Source: Candidatus Thalassarchaeaceae archaeon (GTDB lineage Archaea > Thermoplasmatota > Poseidoniia > Poseidoniales > Thalassarchaeaceae). Taken from it: a DNA stretch of 64,000 bases. Positions within the stretch are counted from its first letter, which is position 1. Each line of letters opens with the position of its first letter. The stretch lies in contig JASMKR010000042.1 of the NCBI GenBank assembly GCA_030749075.1, positions 14,972-78,971 of the forward strand, given 5' to 3'. The notes under the pieces are model-generated. The model was not told the origin of the DNA. It searched no databases and saw nothing but the letters and a program-made list of their open reading frames with translations. A program made the translations under genes and the position numbers. This document shows positions 8,714-18,723 of this stretch, one piece after another.

Positions 8714-9889
8714 ATGGATATCTCTGAGACGGAAGAGCAGACTATGATTCGCGAGATGGTTCGCGACTTTGCCGAAGAGGTACTGGCCCCGACCTGCCTT
8801 CAGAGAGACAAGGCGCAGATGGCCCCTCTGGATGAATGGCGAGCCTTTTGCGAACTTGGGCTTCAAGGTATCACGATTGCTGATCAATACGGTGGCAGCC
8901 CCGTCGACGACGTGACCGAGGCAATCATCGTCGAAGAACTCGCCAGGGTGGATCCCTCGTTCTCCGTAATGTTCTGCGTTCATGTCGGCCTATGCTCAAA
9001 GACCATATCCCTACATGGCAATGAAGAGCAGAAGCAGGAGTACCTCAGTCGTCTAGCTGGCTATGAAATCGGAGCTTACTCACTATCCGAAGCCGGTGCA
9101 GGAACAGATGCTGCGTCTCTGAGTTGCCGGGCTCAGCTGAGCGACGACGGTACGCACTACCTCCTCAACGGCGAGAAGATGTGGGTCACTAACGGGGAGA
9201 GCGCTGAGATCTATGTCCTATTCGCCAAGGACGTGAACCACCCCGAGTACGGTTTGAAAAAGCATGGTGGGACGACGGCTTTCATAGTAGAGAGCGGTTT
9301 CGATGGATTCTCAGTAGGAAAGAAGGAGGACAAACTGGGCATTCGCTCCAGTGATACCTGCTCACTGCTCTTGGAAAATTGTAAGGTCCCAGTTTCCAAC
9401 GTGCTGAAGGAATCCGGGAAGGGCTTCCCGATTGCAATGAATGCCCTCGACAATTCAAGAATCGGCATCGCCGCTCAGGCCCTAGGCATAGCACAAGGAG
9501 CATTCGAGTCAGCTCTGAAGTACGCTCACGAGCGCGAGACCTTCGGCAAGCCTATCGCACACCATCAGGGAATCGGCAACTACCTCGCTGATATGGCGAC
9601 CCGGGTAGAGGCTGCTCGACTCATGGTCTACAAGGCAGCGTGGGCGAAGCAGCAGCACTATGAGCATGGCGCACCAAGGCACACCAAAGAGGCCAGCATG
9701 GCCAAGCTGTTTGCTGGAGATACTGCGATGTGGGTCGCGGAGAGGGCGGTTCAAGTTCTTGGGGGCTATGGCTACACGACGGATTTCCCGGTCGAGCGAT
9801 TCTTCAGAGACGCGAAGATTACCCAGATTTACGAGGGTACCCAAGAGGTCCAGAGAATCGTGATCAGTCGGTCAATCACGCCCGAATGA
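8714..9889 (+). CDS. acyl-CoA dehydrogenase (short/medium-chain type)
   Basis: GAYSLSEAGAGTDAAS, the WVTNG region and the C-terminal YEGTQEVQRIVISR signature. Confidence 0.9.
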   Translation: MDISETEEQTMIREMVRDFAEEVLAPTCLQRDKAQMAPLDEWRAFCELGLQGITIADQYGGSPVDDVTEAIIVEELARVDPSFSVMFCVHVGLCSKTISLHGNEEQKQEYLSRLAGYEIGAYSLSEAGAGTDAASLSCRAQLSDDGTHYLLNGEKMWVTNGESAEIYVLFAKDVNHPEYGLKKHGGTTAFIVESGFDGFSVGKKEDKLGIRSSDTCSLLLENCKVPVSNVLKESGKGFPIAMNALDNSRIGIAAQALGIAQGAFESALKYAHERETFGKPIAHHQGIGNYLADMATRVEAARLMVYKAAWAKQQHYEHGAPRHTKEASMAKLFAGDTAMWVAERAVQVLGGYGYTTDFPVERFFRDAKITQIYEGTQEVQRIVISRSITPE

Positions 9890-9895
9890 GGTGTC

Positions 9896-11146
9896 TTGGT
9901 GTTGGCCTTCCCCATCGAAAAGATCAGAGGGGTTTTTCCCGGGCTAGCCCGCAGGATCAGGGGGGATAGGGCGATTTTCTTCGATGGGCCGGGAGGCAGT
10001 CAAGTCCCACAATCGGTAGCTGATGCGGTCGGAAACTACTTGCTGCACCACAACGCCAACACTGGGATGTCGTTCGCCACATCAAAGGAGACCGATCGAC
10101 TCATCGAGGAAACTCTACGTGCTTGTGCTGACTTTCTAGGGTGCGACGACCCACGGGAAGTCACCTTCGGTCAGAATATGACCAGTCTGAACATTCAGCT
10201 AGCGAGCGCACTCAGCAGGACTTGGGATGAGGGCCATGAGGTGGTGGTGACACGGTTGGACCACGACGGAAACGTCCGACCTTGGGTCCTTGCGGCTGAG
10301 TGGTCTGGTGCGACACTGAGGAAAATCGACGTAAACCCCGACGACTGCACCCTGAACTCGTCATCCATAGTGGAGGCAATAAACGAGAAAACAGCCCTCG
10401 TGGCTGTGGGTGCAGCGTCAAACTTCTCTGGCACTGTTAACGACGTGCGAAGAATTGCCAACCGGGCGCATGAGTTCGGTGCTGAGGTGGTTGTCGATGC
10501 TGTGCACTACGCCCCGCATCGCCTCATTGACGTCAAGGATATGGGGTGCGACTACCTTCTATGTTCACCGTACAAGTTCTTCGGGCCACACCAGGGAGTC
10601 CTTTGGGGGAGAGCAGATAGGATGGCAGAGCTCCCGGTAGCAAAGTTACGGGTATCTACCGAGGAGCTTCCGTTCAGATGGATGACTGGGACCCAGAGCT
10701 ATGAGGGGCTTGCAGGAACTCTCGCAGCGATCGAGCACATAGCATGGGTCGGCAGGGAGGTTGTGGGGGAGGAGTTGCCCCGAAGAGAGTCCCTCCGTGC
10801 GGCATTCAGGGCTATAGAAGCCTATGAGGAGGAGTTGTGTTGGCGGATTATCGAGGGCTTGATGGACGTTGAAGGGGTCAGGATCTGGGGAATCACGGAT
10901 AGCGACAGGAGAATTGAACGAGCACCCACGGTCTCCTTCACACATCCCGGCAAAACGGCCTCGGAAATCGCTGACGCCTTAGCAGAACATGGAATCTTCG
11001 TTTGGGCTGGCAACTTCTATGCTCTCGAGCTTTCCGAAACACTGGGCTTAGAGCCAGAGGGGGCCCTGCGTATCGGGGTTCTGCACTACAACACGATGGA
11101 GGAGGTCGAGAGACTCCTGTCAACTGTCAGGAGCATCCTATTGTAG
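9896..11146 (+). CDS. class V PLP-dependent aminotransferase / cysteine-desulfurase-family protein
   Basis: DAVHYAPH...LLCSPYKFFGPHQGVLWG (PLP-lysine region) and overall NifS/SufS-like layout. TTG/GTG start. Confidence 0.75.
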   Translation: MVLAFPIEKIRGVFPGLARRIRGDRAIFFDGPGGSQVPQSVADAVGNYLLHHNANTGMSFATSKETDRLIEETLRACADFLGCDDPREVTFGQNMTSLNIQLASALSRTWDEGHEVVVTRLDHDGNVRPWVLAAEWSGATLRKIDVNPDDCTLNSSSIVEAINEKTALVAVGAASNFSGTVNDVRRIANRAHEFGAEVVVDAVHYAPHRLIDVKDMGCDYLLCSPYKFFGPHQGVLWGRADRMAELPVAKLRVSTEELPFRWMTGTQSYEGLAGTLAAIEHIAWVGREVVGEELPRRESLRAAFRAIEAYEEELCWRIIEGLMDVEGVRIWGITDSDRRIERAPTVSFTHPGKTASEIADALAEHGIFVWAGNFYALELSETLGLEPEGALRIGVLHYNTMEEVERLLSTVRSILL

Positions 11147-11156
11147 GCGCTCGAGC

Positions 11157-12713
11157 TCAATCGAACCACTCGTAACGACGCTGGCCTTCGAGTTGGCCCT
11201 CCCCACCTATTCCGACCAAGGCGAACTCTCTATTCGGCTTAACCACGGATCGCTTGCGCTTACCCTTGTGCAAGGCCTCGTAGACTGTCTTGTTAATCGC
11301 GTGTCGGGTGGACAGGCGCTCGAAGAGGTGGAACCTGGAGGCGATCTCGCGCCACTGAGGCTGAATGACTCCCTCGAAGACCTTTGCCTTGGCGCCCGAG
11401 CCGTAGCCGCACAGGCCTATTCTTCGACCGTTCATCTCGGTATTTTCGATGTAGTCGGACTCCATGGCCGACATCAACGCGAGGAAAATGGAGCCGGTGT
11501 ATTGATTGCCAATAAGGCTGGAAGCACGCTGGGTCTTCTCGATTCTCCCCTCTACGAACGAGCGAAACTCATCAGTCTTGGAGATTAGTCGGCGGTATCC
11601 GTCGTTCGCCGTCTCAAACTCCTCTATGCCTTCGGGCGTATCTGGAAAATCCTCTGGCATGGGCTCTTGGCCGATCTCATCGGTGATCTTCTCCCAAACG
11701 GGTAGGTGTCTGCGGTCGTGTCGGAAGACATCTGGGAACATCCTCTTGCCCTGGAAGGCGTAAGGGAGATGCACTATGATCCGGCTCCACTGGTTGGTGA
11801 GAATCTCATCCGTCTTCGGATTGTACCTGCCCTCCGATATGGACTTGGCACGGAAGTCGATGAAAGCCTGCTTAACGGACTCGGAGTAGCACCGATTCGA
11901 GAATTGGCCGTCGAAGACAGGGGTGTCCTTGTGAATCATCAACTTCTCGTTTTCGAACAGCACGTCGTTCTTTTTGCTGGAGCGTGGAAGGTACTTCAGT
12001 ATCTTCTCAGCAAGATTCCCCCTGATGCTCTCCCCTGACTCTCTAGCGAGGTCCAGGACATTCTCGATTACCGTACGAGTGTCGACCTCGCGTCGGGGCT
12101 TGAAGAAATCATGAACTGGCATGGTGGAAACCCCCCAGATGTCAGGAATAGTGAGGAGTCTTGGATTGTGGCGAATCAGAATCGCGCCCCCACCCGCTCC
12201 TTGGGTGTATTCCCCGGACGATCCGAGATCATACTTGGCATTGTCAGCGAATACGACGATTCCGATCCTATCGCGCTCCTCCCCGCCACGGGCTGACCAA
12301 TCCAGAGTGTTGTGCATGGCATCGACTGCCCCGATGCAGGCGAAGGTGAGGTCGACGACGTCGCAGTTTCTGAAGCAGTCGTCCCCATGGGTAGGGGAGT
12401 ATCGTTGTTCGAGCATGTCCATGATGTAAGTGGCAGTGGGTTTGGCTCCGTCAAGTGCGGACTCGGTTCCTAGGTAGATCCTACCAATTGAGGATGGATC
12501 CAAGCCGTTCCTATCGATTAGGCGAGAAACGGCATTGGCCCCCATAGTGGCAGTATCCTCATGGACATCGGGAATGGCCATCGCTGACAGGCCAAGCCCC
12601 CTGTTGAGCTTGCCGAAATCAGCCCCACGGAACTTCGCGAAGTCTTCCATGTCGAAGTAGAGACGTGGGAAATGAAGTGCGATGTCGTCGATGCCGACCT
12701 CTGACATAGACAT
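11157..12713 (-). CDS. hmgS: hydroxymethylglutaryl-CoA synthase, long (about 518 aa) form
   Basis: N-terminal GIDDIALHFPRLYFD, active-site region DLTFACIGAVDAM, and later VHLPYAFQG and NQYTGSIFLAL. ATG 12713 (MSMSEV) is chosen over the ORF start at 12878. Confidence 0.8.
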   Translation of the reverse strand: MSMSEVGIDDIALHFPRLYFDMEDFAKFRGADFGKLNRGLGLSAMAIPDVHEDTATMGANAVSRLIDRNGLDPSSIGRIYLGTESALDGAKPTATYIMDMLEQRYSPTHGDDCFRNCDVVDLTFACIGAVDAMHNTLDWSARGGEERDRIGIVVFADNAKYDLGSSGEYTQGAGGGAILIRHNPRLLTIPDIWGVSTMPVHDFFKPRREVDTRTVIENVLDLARESGESIRGNLAEKILKYLPRSSKKNDVLFENEKLMIHKDTPVFDGQFSNRCYSESVKQAFIDFRAKSISEGRYNPKTDEILTNQWSRIIVHLPYAFQGKRMFPDVFRHDRRHLPVWEKITDEIGQEPMPEDFPDTPEGIEEFETANDGYRRLISKTDEFRSFVEGRIEKTQRASSLIGNQYTGSIFLALMSAMESDYIENTEMNGRRIGLCGYGSGAKAKVFEGVIQPQWREIASRFHLFERLSTRHAINKTVYEALHKGKRKRSVVKPNREFALVGIGGEGQLEGQRRYEWFD

Positions 12714-12763
12714 TCCCTCGATGGTTCGGAATTGGACTACATTATGAGTGCTATCCCTGCATG

Positions 12764-12770
12764 AAAAAAA
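12764..12770 (-). terminator. T7 tract on the minus strand between tyrS and hmgS (candidate archaeal terminator and/or TATA-like element)
   Basis: A 7-A run on the plus strand (T7 on the coding strand) lies 23 nt after the tyrS stop and about 50 nt before the hmgS ATG. Confidence 0.3.
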
Positions 12771-12792
12771 TAAGGTGGAAATTGAAACCGCA

Positions 12793-13908
12793 CTACTGGG
12801 GGCCAGTGATCTCGTCCAATGCGGATTGCAGGTTGCTGTTGGACTCGAAATGATCCGAGAGTGTCGTGAGCACTTCAATCAGGCCGTCGGTAATCGCCAT
12901 TTTGGCATCAAACGGGTGGATTTCTCCATTACCCACTGCTTTCACGAAGGAGTCTAGGTCATTCCACACTGAAGGCAGCCCGTACTCCGGCTTGGGGTTG
13001 ACTCTGATCTCGCCGATTCTAGGCAGAACCACAAATTTGGCTATTTCAAACACGGGGGAATCCGGGTTGCCAACCTCGAGGAAGGCCTTCTTCATCTTGC
13101 GACGCAGGGCATTGGCATCATCATGCAGTAGAATCGCATTGCTGGGTTTCGATTTCGACATCTTGTGGTCAAACGAGTCCATCCGGCCCCCCGAACCCCC
13201 AAGACCGGATAGCAGGGGGGTGTGAATGCAAGTCGCCTTCGTCCACCCGTTTCGGTCAGCGACCTCCCGCATGTACATGTGCGCCTTGCGCTGGTCCATT
13301 CCCCCCCACGCGATATCCACTTCGAGCTCGAAGATGTCAGCGGACTGCAAGGCCGGGTAATAGAAGGCTGCGAGGTCGTTATCGGAAGAGTCCTCGTCCC
13401 TCCCCATTATACTGAAAGTCCTGCGAACCCTCGATAGGCTCATGTTCTTAGAACACCGGAGCACTCGTTCCCAGTACTTTCCCGAATCCATGATTTCAGA
13501 GGCGCTTAGGAAGCGGAGTTGGCCTGGGCCATCTCCCTCCTCAGGGCTATCGAGCAAAACGCGGAACACTTCCGTCATGTATTCGCCGGCCAATGAGATC
13601 TTGTCCATGTCGCGGTTGAACTTGTCATTGACCCAAGCATGCCAGTCGGCCAGCAGGATGATTACATTGACGTCCTCATTGAGCATGTTGCGTATGGTGT
13701 CCGCAAGGATGACCCACCCTAGATGAGCAGTTCCACTGGGCTCGAGCCCTATGTAGGCTACGAGTTGTTCGTCTCCAGAGTGGCTAGGCCCGCCTGCGAG
13801 CACCGAGATTACGTGTTCGGCGCCAACCACTTCGTCGCAGGAACTGAACATTCGTTCCAATCGAGAACGCGACTCCTCACCTAGCACCGAGATAGGGTCT
13901 TCCGACAT
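12793..13908 (-). CDS. tyrS: tyrosyl-tRNA synthetase, archaeal type
   Basis: YIGLEPSGTAHLG (HIGH region), IILLADWHAW, GGMDQRKAHM and KMSKS. Collinear with M. jannaschii TyrRS as I recall it. Confidence 0.85.
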   Translation of the reverse strand: MSEDPISVLGEESRSRLERMFSSCDEVVGAEHVISVLAGGPSHSGDEQLVAYIGLEPSGTAHLGWVILADTIRNMLNEDVNVIILLADWHAWVNDKFNRDMDKISLAGEYMTEVFRVLLDSPEEGDGPGQLRFLSASEIMDSGKYWERVLRCSKNMSLSRVRRTFSIMGRDEDSSDNDLAAFYYPALQSADIFELEVDIAWGGMDQRKAHMYMREVADRNGWTKATCIHTPLLSGLGGSGGRMDSFDHKMSKSKPSNAILLHDDANALRRKMKKAFLEVGNPDSPVFEIAKFVVLPRIGEIRVNPKPEYGLPSVWNDLDSFVKAVGNGEIHPFDAKMAITDGLIEVLTTLSDHFESNSNLQSALDEITGPQ

Positions 13909-13917
13909 CGTCCACCC

Positions 13918-14469
13918 CTAGTTGAACATCTTGTTCAGTTTACCAGCGCGGCCAGCAGCCTTTGTGTTGTCGTTTGAATCGAGCAAGGCCTCAATCTCAT
14001 TGATGAGGGCATTTGCCTGAGTGACCTTGTCCTCGGAAAGTCCCTCGGTCATCTCCATGAAGTGCCTAGCCGAAGAAATTGCAGACTTGGCTTTAGCTGC
14101 CTTCTTGGCCCATTCTTTGGCTTTGTCTCCACGCTGCTTGGAGTTGTATCCAGTTGCCTGATCTAGGAAATTGGTCCAACGCTTCCGTGCATCCATGGCC
14201 GCCTCCATGGCATCGGGATCTTCGAAGTCCGGTGGAACATTGGTCACGTCTACAATTAGGGCCCCATTCTCATACCTGGAGTCGATGGCGGTCATGATAC
14301 CGTGCGAGGCACGGAAGGAGTTCTCTCCAATGACCTCAACATCATCGAAAAAATCACGCGCTAACTCGCCAAGGCCCCCGTTAGTGTTCACTTCCTTAAC
14401 CATCCCCCTGCGGACATCGAATCTTTCCATAGACTCGACGCGGAGCAGACGCCACTTCAATGCTGCCAA
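13918..14469 (-). CDS. conserved hypothetical cytoplasmic protein with a Lys/Ala-rich helical C-terminus
   Basis: Clean ORF with coding-like composition. The likely start is MERFDVRRG at 14430. I cannot assign a family with confidence. Confidence 0.5.
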   Translation of the reverse strand: MAALKWRLLRVESMERFDVRRGMVKEVNTNGGLGELARDFFDDVEVIGENSFRASHGIMTAIDSRYENGALIVDVTNVPPDFEDPDAMEAAMDARKRWTNFLDQATGYNSKQRGDKAKEWAKKAAKAKSAISSARHFMEMTEGLSEDKVTQANALINEIEALLDSNDNTKAAGRAGKLNKMFN

Positions 14470-14513
14470 CCCGCGACATCCTTTGAGGCATGTAGAACGG
14501 CTAAACGGGCGAA

Positions 14514-15746
14514 GTGGGTCCGAGCGATGTGGCAGGGGGCGTGAGCAATAGGCTGGTGGTCGGCGTTATCGTCTTGCTGCTGCTTCAAAGCGTCTCTGCA
14601 GACTCCGCTGTCGAATTGGGAGAAGTGGTTAGGCTTGGAGAGGTGGACTTAGGGCTCGAGGGAGCCGCAGTCTCTCCAGACGGCGAGATCGTTATCACGT
14701 ATGGGGCGGATTCGTCCATATTTCTGATCGAGGCGTCGCATCCCCAATCACACTCGAAATTGGACTGGGAGGGCAGCGAGGTGCTACTAGACGCGGACTT
14801 CCACCCAGGGGGGCAGACCGCCTTCATAGTGGGAAAAGAGGGAGTAGCCCTGAGATTCACAAGGGAAGATAGCGCTGTCGGCAGTGCTGGGGGGGAGCTG
14901 TACTTCGGGAAAACAGAGCTGAGGTCAGTGTCATGGAACGCGGATGGGTCTTGGGCTTACATCGGGGGGGAAATGGGGTGGATTTGGAGGGCCCGTGGCC
15001 TGGAGGGCGGTGGCATGGAGGTGCATCCGATAGAAGGGAGGGGGGCGAGCGATGTCAATGCTATTGCGTGCTTAGCAGGGATGAACATATGCGTCGTCTC
15101 AACTAGCGTCGACGGAATCGGAGTCATAGACGCTAATCACGAACTCCATTGGATTGGGGGGACGGGGTACCCGTGGATCGATGCGACCTGCCCGGGAAGG
15201 GGTGAGAATGCTTGCGTCTTGATTTCGAACGATAGGAACATTGCTATCGTCGATCTCGAAATTGGTGATGCCTCTTCGTCCGAAGTCACCATAGTGCAGC
15301 TCCAAGATGTCAATGGGCAGTTCAGCGGAATTGCCGAACAGTCCGATGGGAAATCCATTATCTCCGTTGTTCCTTACGCAATGATTGAGCATGATTTGGC
15401 TCTGAGGCTCTCCTTTCCTTGGTTGGAGAATAGTGATGTTGTCAGTTTCGATCCGGCAATCTCTGGCGAGCGCCTAGTCGCTACGTGGTCGGTGGGTGTG
15501 CATTCTGGGTGGGCTATCACGAGTTCAGGAACCATTGTGGCGTTCAACCCCGTCTCAAACGACCGGACGGATGGGATTTTGGGGGTCTGGGTCGGGGTGG
15601 TGATTGTCGGAGGTGCTATCTTGATGGTCCTTAGCCTGATAGTGAGTTCCTCCCCTCGGCTCAGTGAGTGGTTGACCCTCAGGATTGGCAGCGAAGAAGA
15701 GCGCAAGGGGGTGCTCCGTGAGCAACGTCGTAGGAGCAGAAGATGA
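14514..15746 (+). CDS. secreted, C-terminally membrane-anchored beta-propeller-like protein, function unknown
   Basis: N-terminal signal-like segment VVGVIVLLLLQSVSA, Gly/Trp-rich repeats, and a C-terminal TM helix followed by a basic tail RRRSRR. Confidence 0.6.
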   Translation: MGPSDVAGGVSNRLVVGVIVLLLLQSVSADSAVELGEVVRLGEVDLGLEGAAVSPDGEIVITYGADSSIFLIEASHPQSHSKLDWEGSEVLLDADFHPGGQTAFIVGKEGVALRFTREDSAVGSAGGELYFGKTELRSVSWNADGSWAYIGGEMGWIWRARGLEGGGMEVHPIEGRGASDVNAIACLAGMNICVVSTSVDGIGVIDANHELHWIGGTGYPWIDATCPGRGENACVLISNDRNIAIVDLEIGDASSSEVTIVQLQDVNGQFSGIAEQSDGKSIISVVPYAMIEHDLALRLSFPWLENSDVVSFDPAISGERLVATWSVGVHSGWAITSSGTIVAFNPVSNDRTDGILGVWVGVVIVGGAILMVLSLIVSSSPRLSEWLTLRIGSEEERKGVLREQRRRSRR

Positions 15747-15797
15747 GGGCTCGTGCATAGTTTGATGAGGACATTACCATCGGGAAGGGCGAGAAGG

Positions 15798-16970
15798 ATG
15801 GCGTACGAGGCCTTGGATTTCTATGATATCGATTCGTTGCTGACGGACGAGGAGAGAATGGTCCGCGACATGGTCCGCGACTGGGTAGACGAGCAGGTGA
15901 TACCCAATATCGAGAATGCCTGTAGGGATGGGGTTTTCCCCGATAAGTGGCGGGTCGACCTAGGCGAGATGGGGGTTCTAGGCGCCCCGCTCAGGGGCTA
16001 TGAATGCCCTGGGCTGTCTTACATTGCATACGGGCTTATCTGTCGCGAGCTCGAGCGGGGTGACAGCGGCGTGCGCTCATTCGCTAGTGTTCAGGGCTCT
16101 CTGGCCATGTACCCGATCTGGGACTTCGGCAGCGAGGAGCAGAAGAGCCACTACCTACCTAAAATGACGACCGGGGAGTGGATTGGGTGCTTCGGGCTTA
16201 CCGAGCCGGACTACGGCTCCAACCCAGGTGACATGATTACCCGCGCCGAGGACAAGGGCAACCACTACCTGATCAATGGGGCCAAGATGTGGATTACCAA
16301 CGGCACCATCGCCAATCTGGCCGTAGTTTGGGCCAAGCTCAATGGCGTGATTCGTGGCTTCATCGTCGAGAGAGGGGACCCAGGCTTCACGACTCCTGAG
16401 ATGACGGGGAAGCACTCCCTAAAGGCCAGCGACACCAGTGAGTTGGTATTCCAGGACTGTGAGGTTCCCAAAGATAGGATTCTGCCCCATGTAGAAGGGC
16501 TAAGAGGGCCGTTCAGTTGTCTGAACAACGCACGCTATGGAATCTCCTGGGGGGCCATTGGCGCAGCCCAGTCCTGCTTCAGTTCGGCCAAAGAGTACGC
16601 CCTCAGTAGAATCCAATTCAATCAGCCCATAGCTTCATTCCAACTGGTCCAGAACAAGCTGGCGTGGATGCTGCGGGAGATTACCAAGGGGCAGCTGTTG
16701 GCATACCACCTTGGCAAGAAGAAGGACGACGGCGCATGGATCCCCGAGCAGATCTCGCTAGCCAAGATGAACAACGTCGACATTGCGCTCGAAATCGCCC
16801 GCATGGCGCGTGACATCCATGGTGCCAACGGAATCCTTGACGAGTATCCTGTGATGCGCCACATGGCCAATCTCGAGTCGGTCAAGACTTACGAGGGCAC
16901 ACATGATATTCACAACCTGATTCTAGGGCGGCACATCACTGGTATTCAGGCGTTCACCAGCGAACCCTGA
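15798..16970 (+). CDS. glutaryl-CoA dehydrogenase-type acyl-CoA dehydrogenase
   Basis: GCFGLTEPDYGSNPGDM, WITNG and YEGTHDIHNLILGR, a pattern typical of GCDH. ATG 15798 is preferred to GTG 15753. Confidence 0.85.
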   Translation: MAYEALDFYDIDSLLTDEERMVRDMVRDWVDEQVIPNIENACRDGVFPDKWRVDLGEMGVLGAPLRGYECPGLSYIAYGLICRELERGDSGVRSFASVQGSLAMYPIWDFGSEEQKSHYLPKMTTGEWIGCFGLTEPDYGSNPGDMITRAEDKGNHYLINGAKMWITNGTIANLAVVWAKLNGVIRGFIVERGDPGFTTPEMTGKHSLKASDTSELVFQDCEVPKDRILPHVEGLRGPFSCLNNARYGISWGAIGAAQSCFSSAKEYALSRIQFNQPIASFQLVQNKLAWMLREITKGQLLAYHLGKKKDDGAWIPEQISLAKMNNVDIALEIARMARDIHGANGILDEYPVMRHMANLESVKTYEGTHDIHNLILGRHITGIQAFTSEP

Positions 16971-17010
16971 TTTGAGCATGTGATTCCTCACTGCGAATCT
17001 TGATAGAGGG

Positions 17011-17784
17011 ATGTCAGTTCGATGCAACGTGACGATTGCCGTCCTCCTGAAGCAGGTTCCTGACACCACCGCCAAGATCTCTGTCTCGGGCGGCAGGGTG
17101 GAAGAATCCGCCGTCAGCAAGTGGTCCATGAGCCCTTATGACGAGTATGCGCTCGAAGCCGCGCTCCAGTTGAAGGAGGCCGGTGGGGGAGAAATCGTCG
17201 CGATTACATGCGGCCCGGCTAGGGCCACGAAGATGCTCGCGGATGCTGCGGCCGTGGGTGCTGACAACCTGATTCTAATCCAAGATCAGGGAGTTTCCGA
17301 TAGCACGCACGTTCAGTCATTACTAGCAGCCGCGGTCAAGAGATCTGGGTCGGATGTGGTGCTCTGCGGGAAGCAGGCCGCCGACACCAACGGAGGGTCG
17401 ACCGGCCCCGGAGTTTCCCATCTGATTGGAGCTACCTGCGTGGGAATGGTTTCGGAGGTATCTGCGGAGGGGGACGGATTCATCGCCCTGCGAACCAGCC
17501 CGACCGGTAACGAGCGGGTCGAGGTCTCTCGGCCCTGCCTCTTCACATTCGACAAGGGGGCCACGGAACTGCGCAGGCCAAATGTGCGAGGGATTATGAT
17601 GGCTAAGAAGAAGCAGATTGAAACCATGACATCAGATGACCTAGGGGTGGTAATAGGGGATTCCTCCATCTCACTGCAGTCCCACTCCCCCCCTCCAGTT
17701 AAGCCACCTGGGCAGAAGTTCGAAGGTGCCGATTCTGTGCCTGCAGTAGTAGCAAAGCTTCGTGATGAGGCCAATGTCCTTTGA
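17011..17784 (+). CDS. etfB: electron transfer flavoprotein beta subunit
   Basis: VLLKQVPD start, VLCGKQAAD and a C-terminal recognition-loop region. It directly precedes etfA. Confidence 0.9.
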   Translation: MSVRCNVTIAVLLKQVPDTTAKISVSGGRVEESAVSKWSMSPYDEYALEAALQLKEAGGGEIVAITCGPARATKMLADAAAVGADNLILIQDQGVSDSTHVQSLLAAAVKRSGSDVVLCGKQAADTNGGSTGPGVSHLIGATCVGMVSEVSAEGDGFIALRTSPTGNERVEVSRPCLFTFDKGATELRRPNVRGIMMAKKKQIETMTSDDLGVVIGDSSISLQSHSPPPVKPPGQKFEGADSVPAVVAKLRDEANVL

Positions 17785-17793
17785 GGTGCAAGA

Positions 17794-18723
17794 ATGGACG
17801 TGACAATCATCGCAGAAACCACAGTGGATGGCCTTCACCCGGTGACATCGCAACTCGTAGGCGCCGCGATTGCCATTGGAGGAACTCCGACCGTGCTGTG
17901 CCCGGGAGGGGTGGGCGCGACCGCAGCTGCTTCCATCAGTGGTGTTTCCAAAGTAATATGCGTCGAAGCAGACTGCTTCGGTTCCTTTGACAGCGGTGCT
18001 TGGGCGGCCGCTCTCAACCCACTCGTCTCTGACGGGGTCATCATAGCTGCTTCGGCGCCGGCCGGAAGGGAGGTCACAGCGCAGATTGCAGCTATGCGCG
18101 GAATACCAATCATACAGGATGCGACCAGTCTAGAAGCTGGCATCACCGTCACTAGGGGAGTCTACTCCGGAAAGGCCGTAGAGACGGTGGCTGTCTCCCC
18201 TCCTTGCGCTCTGACCCTGAGGCCGAATGCCTTCGATGCGGCGGCTGACGATGGAAACGCAGATGTCTCGACGGTCAGTCAATCCGCTGATGTCGGCGTC
18301 GCTGTACGGGAGGCCATTGCCAAGGCCAGCGAAAGGCTCGATGTCTCAGAAGCTGATGTAATCATCTCCGGAGGGAGGGGGATGGGTGCCCCGGCAAACT
18401 TTGCCCACCTCTACGAAATCGCGGATTTCATCGGTGCAGCGGTTGGGGCTAGTAGAGCGGCTGTGGACACTTGGGGCGAGATTCCCCACAGCATGCAGGT
18501 CGGACAAACTGGAAAGACGGTGAATCCCAGACTGTACATCGCCGTGGGTATCAGCGGCGCGATTCAGCATTTAGCCGGAATGCGCTCTAGCAAGTTCATC
18601 GTTGCAATCAACAAGGACCCTGATGCGCCAATCTTCGGTGTTGCCGACTACGGAATCGTCTCAACTTGGGAGGAGGCGCTGCCTGTCTTGAAGACAGAGC
18701 TCTCAAGCCTTCTGTCAAACTGA
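17794..18723 (+). CDS. etfA: electron transfer flavoprotein alpha subunit
   Basis: ADVIISGGRGMG and QVGQTGKTVNPRLYIAVGISGAIQHLAGM FAD-binding signature. Confidence 0.9.
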   Translation: MDVTIIAETTVDGLHPVTSQLVGAAIAIGGTPTVLCPGGVGATAAASISGVSKVICVEADCFGSFDSGAWAAALNPLVSDGVIIAASAPAGREVTAQIAAMRGIPIIQDATSLEAGITVTRGVYSGKAVETVAVSPPCALTLRPNAFDAAADDGNADVSTVSQSADVGVAVREAIAKASERLDVSEADVIISGGRGMGAPANFAHLYEIADFIGAAVGASRAAVDTWGEIPHSMQVGQTGKTVNPRLYIAVGISGAIQHLAGMRSSKFIVAINKDPDAPIFGVADYGIVSTWEEALPVLKTELSSLLSN

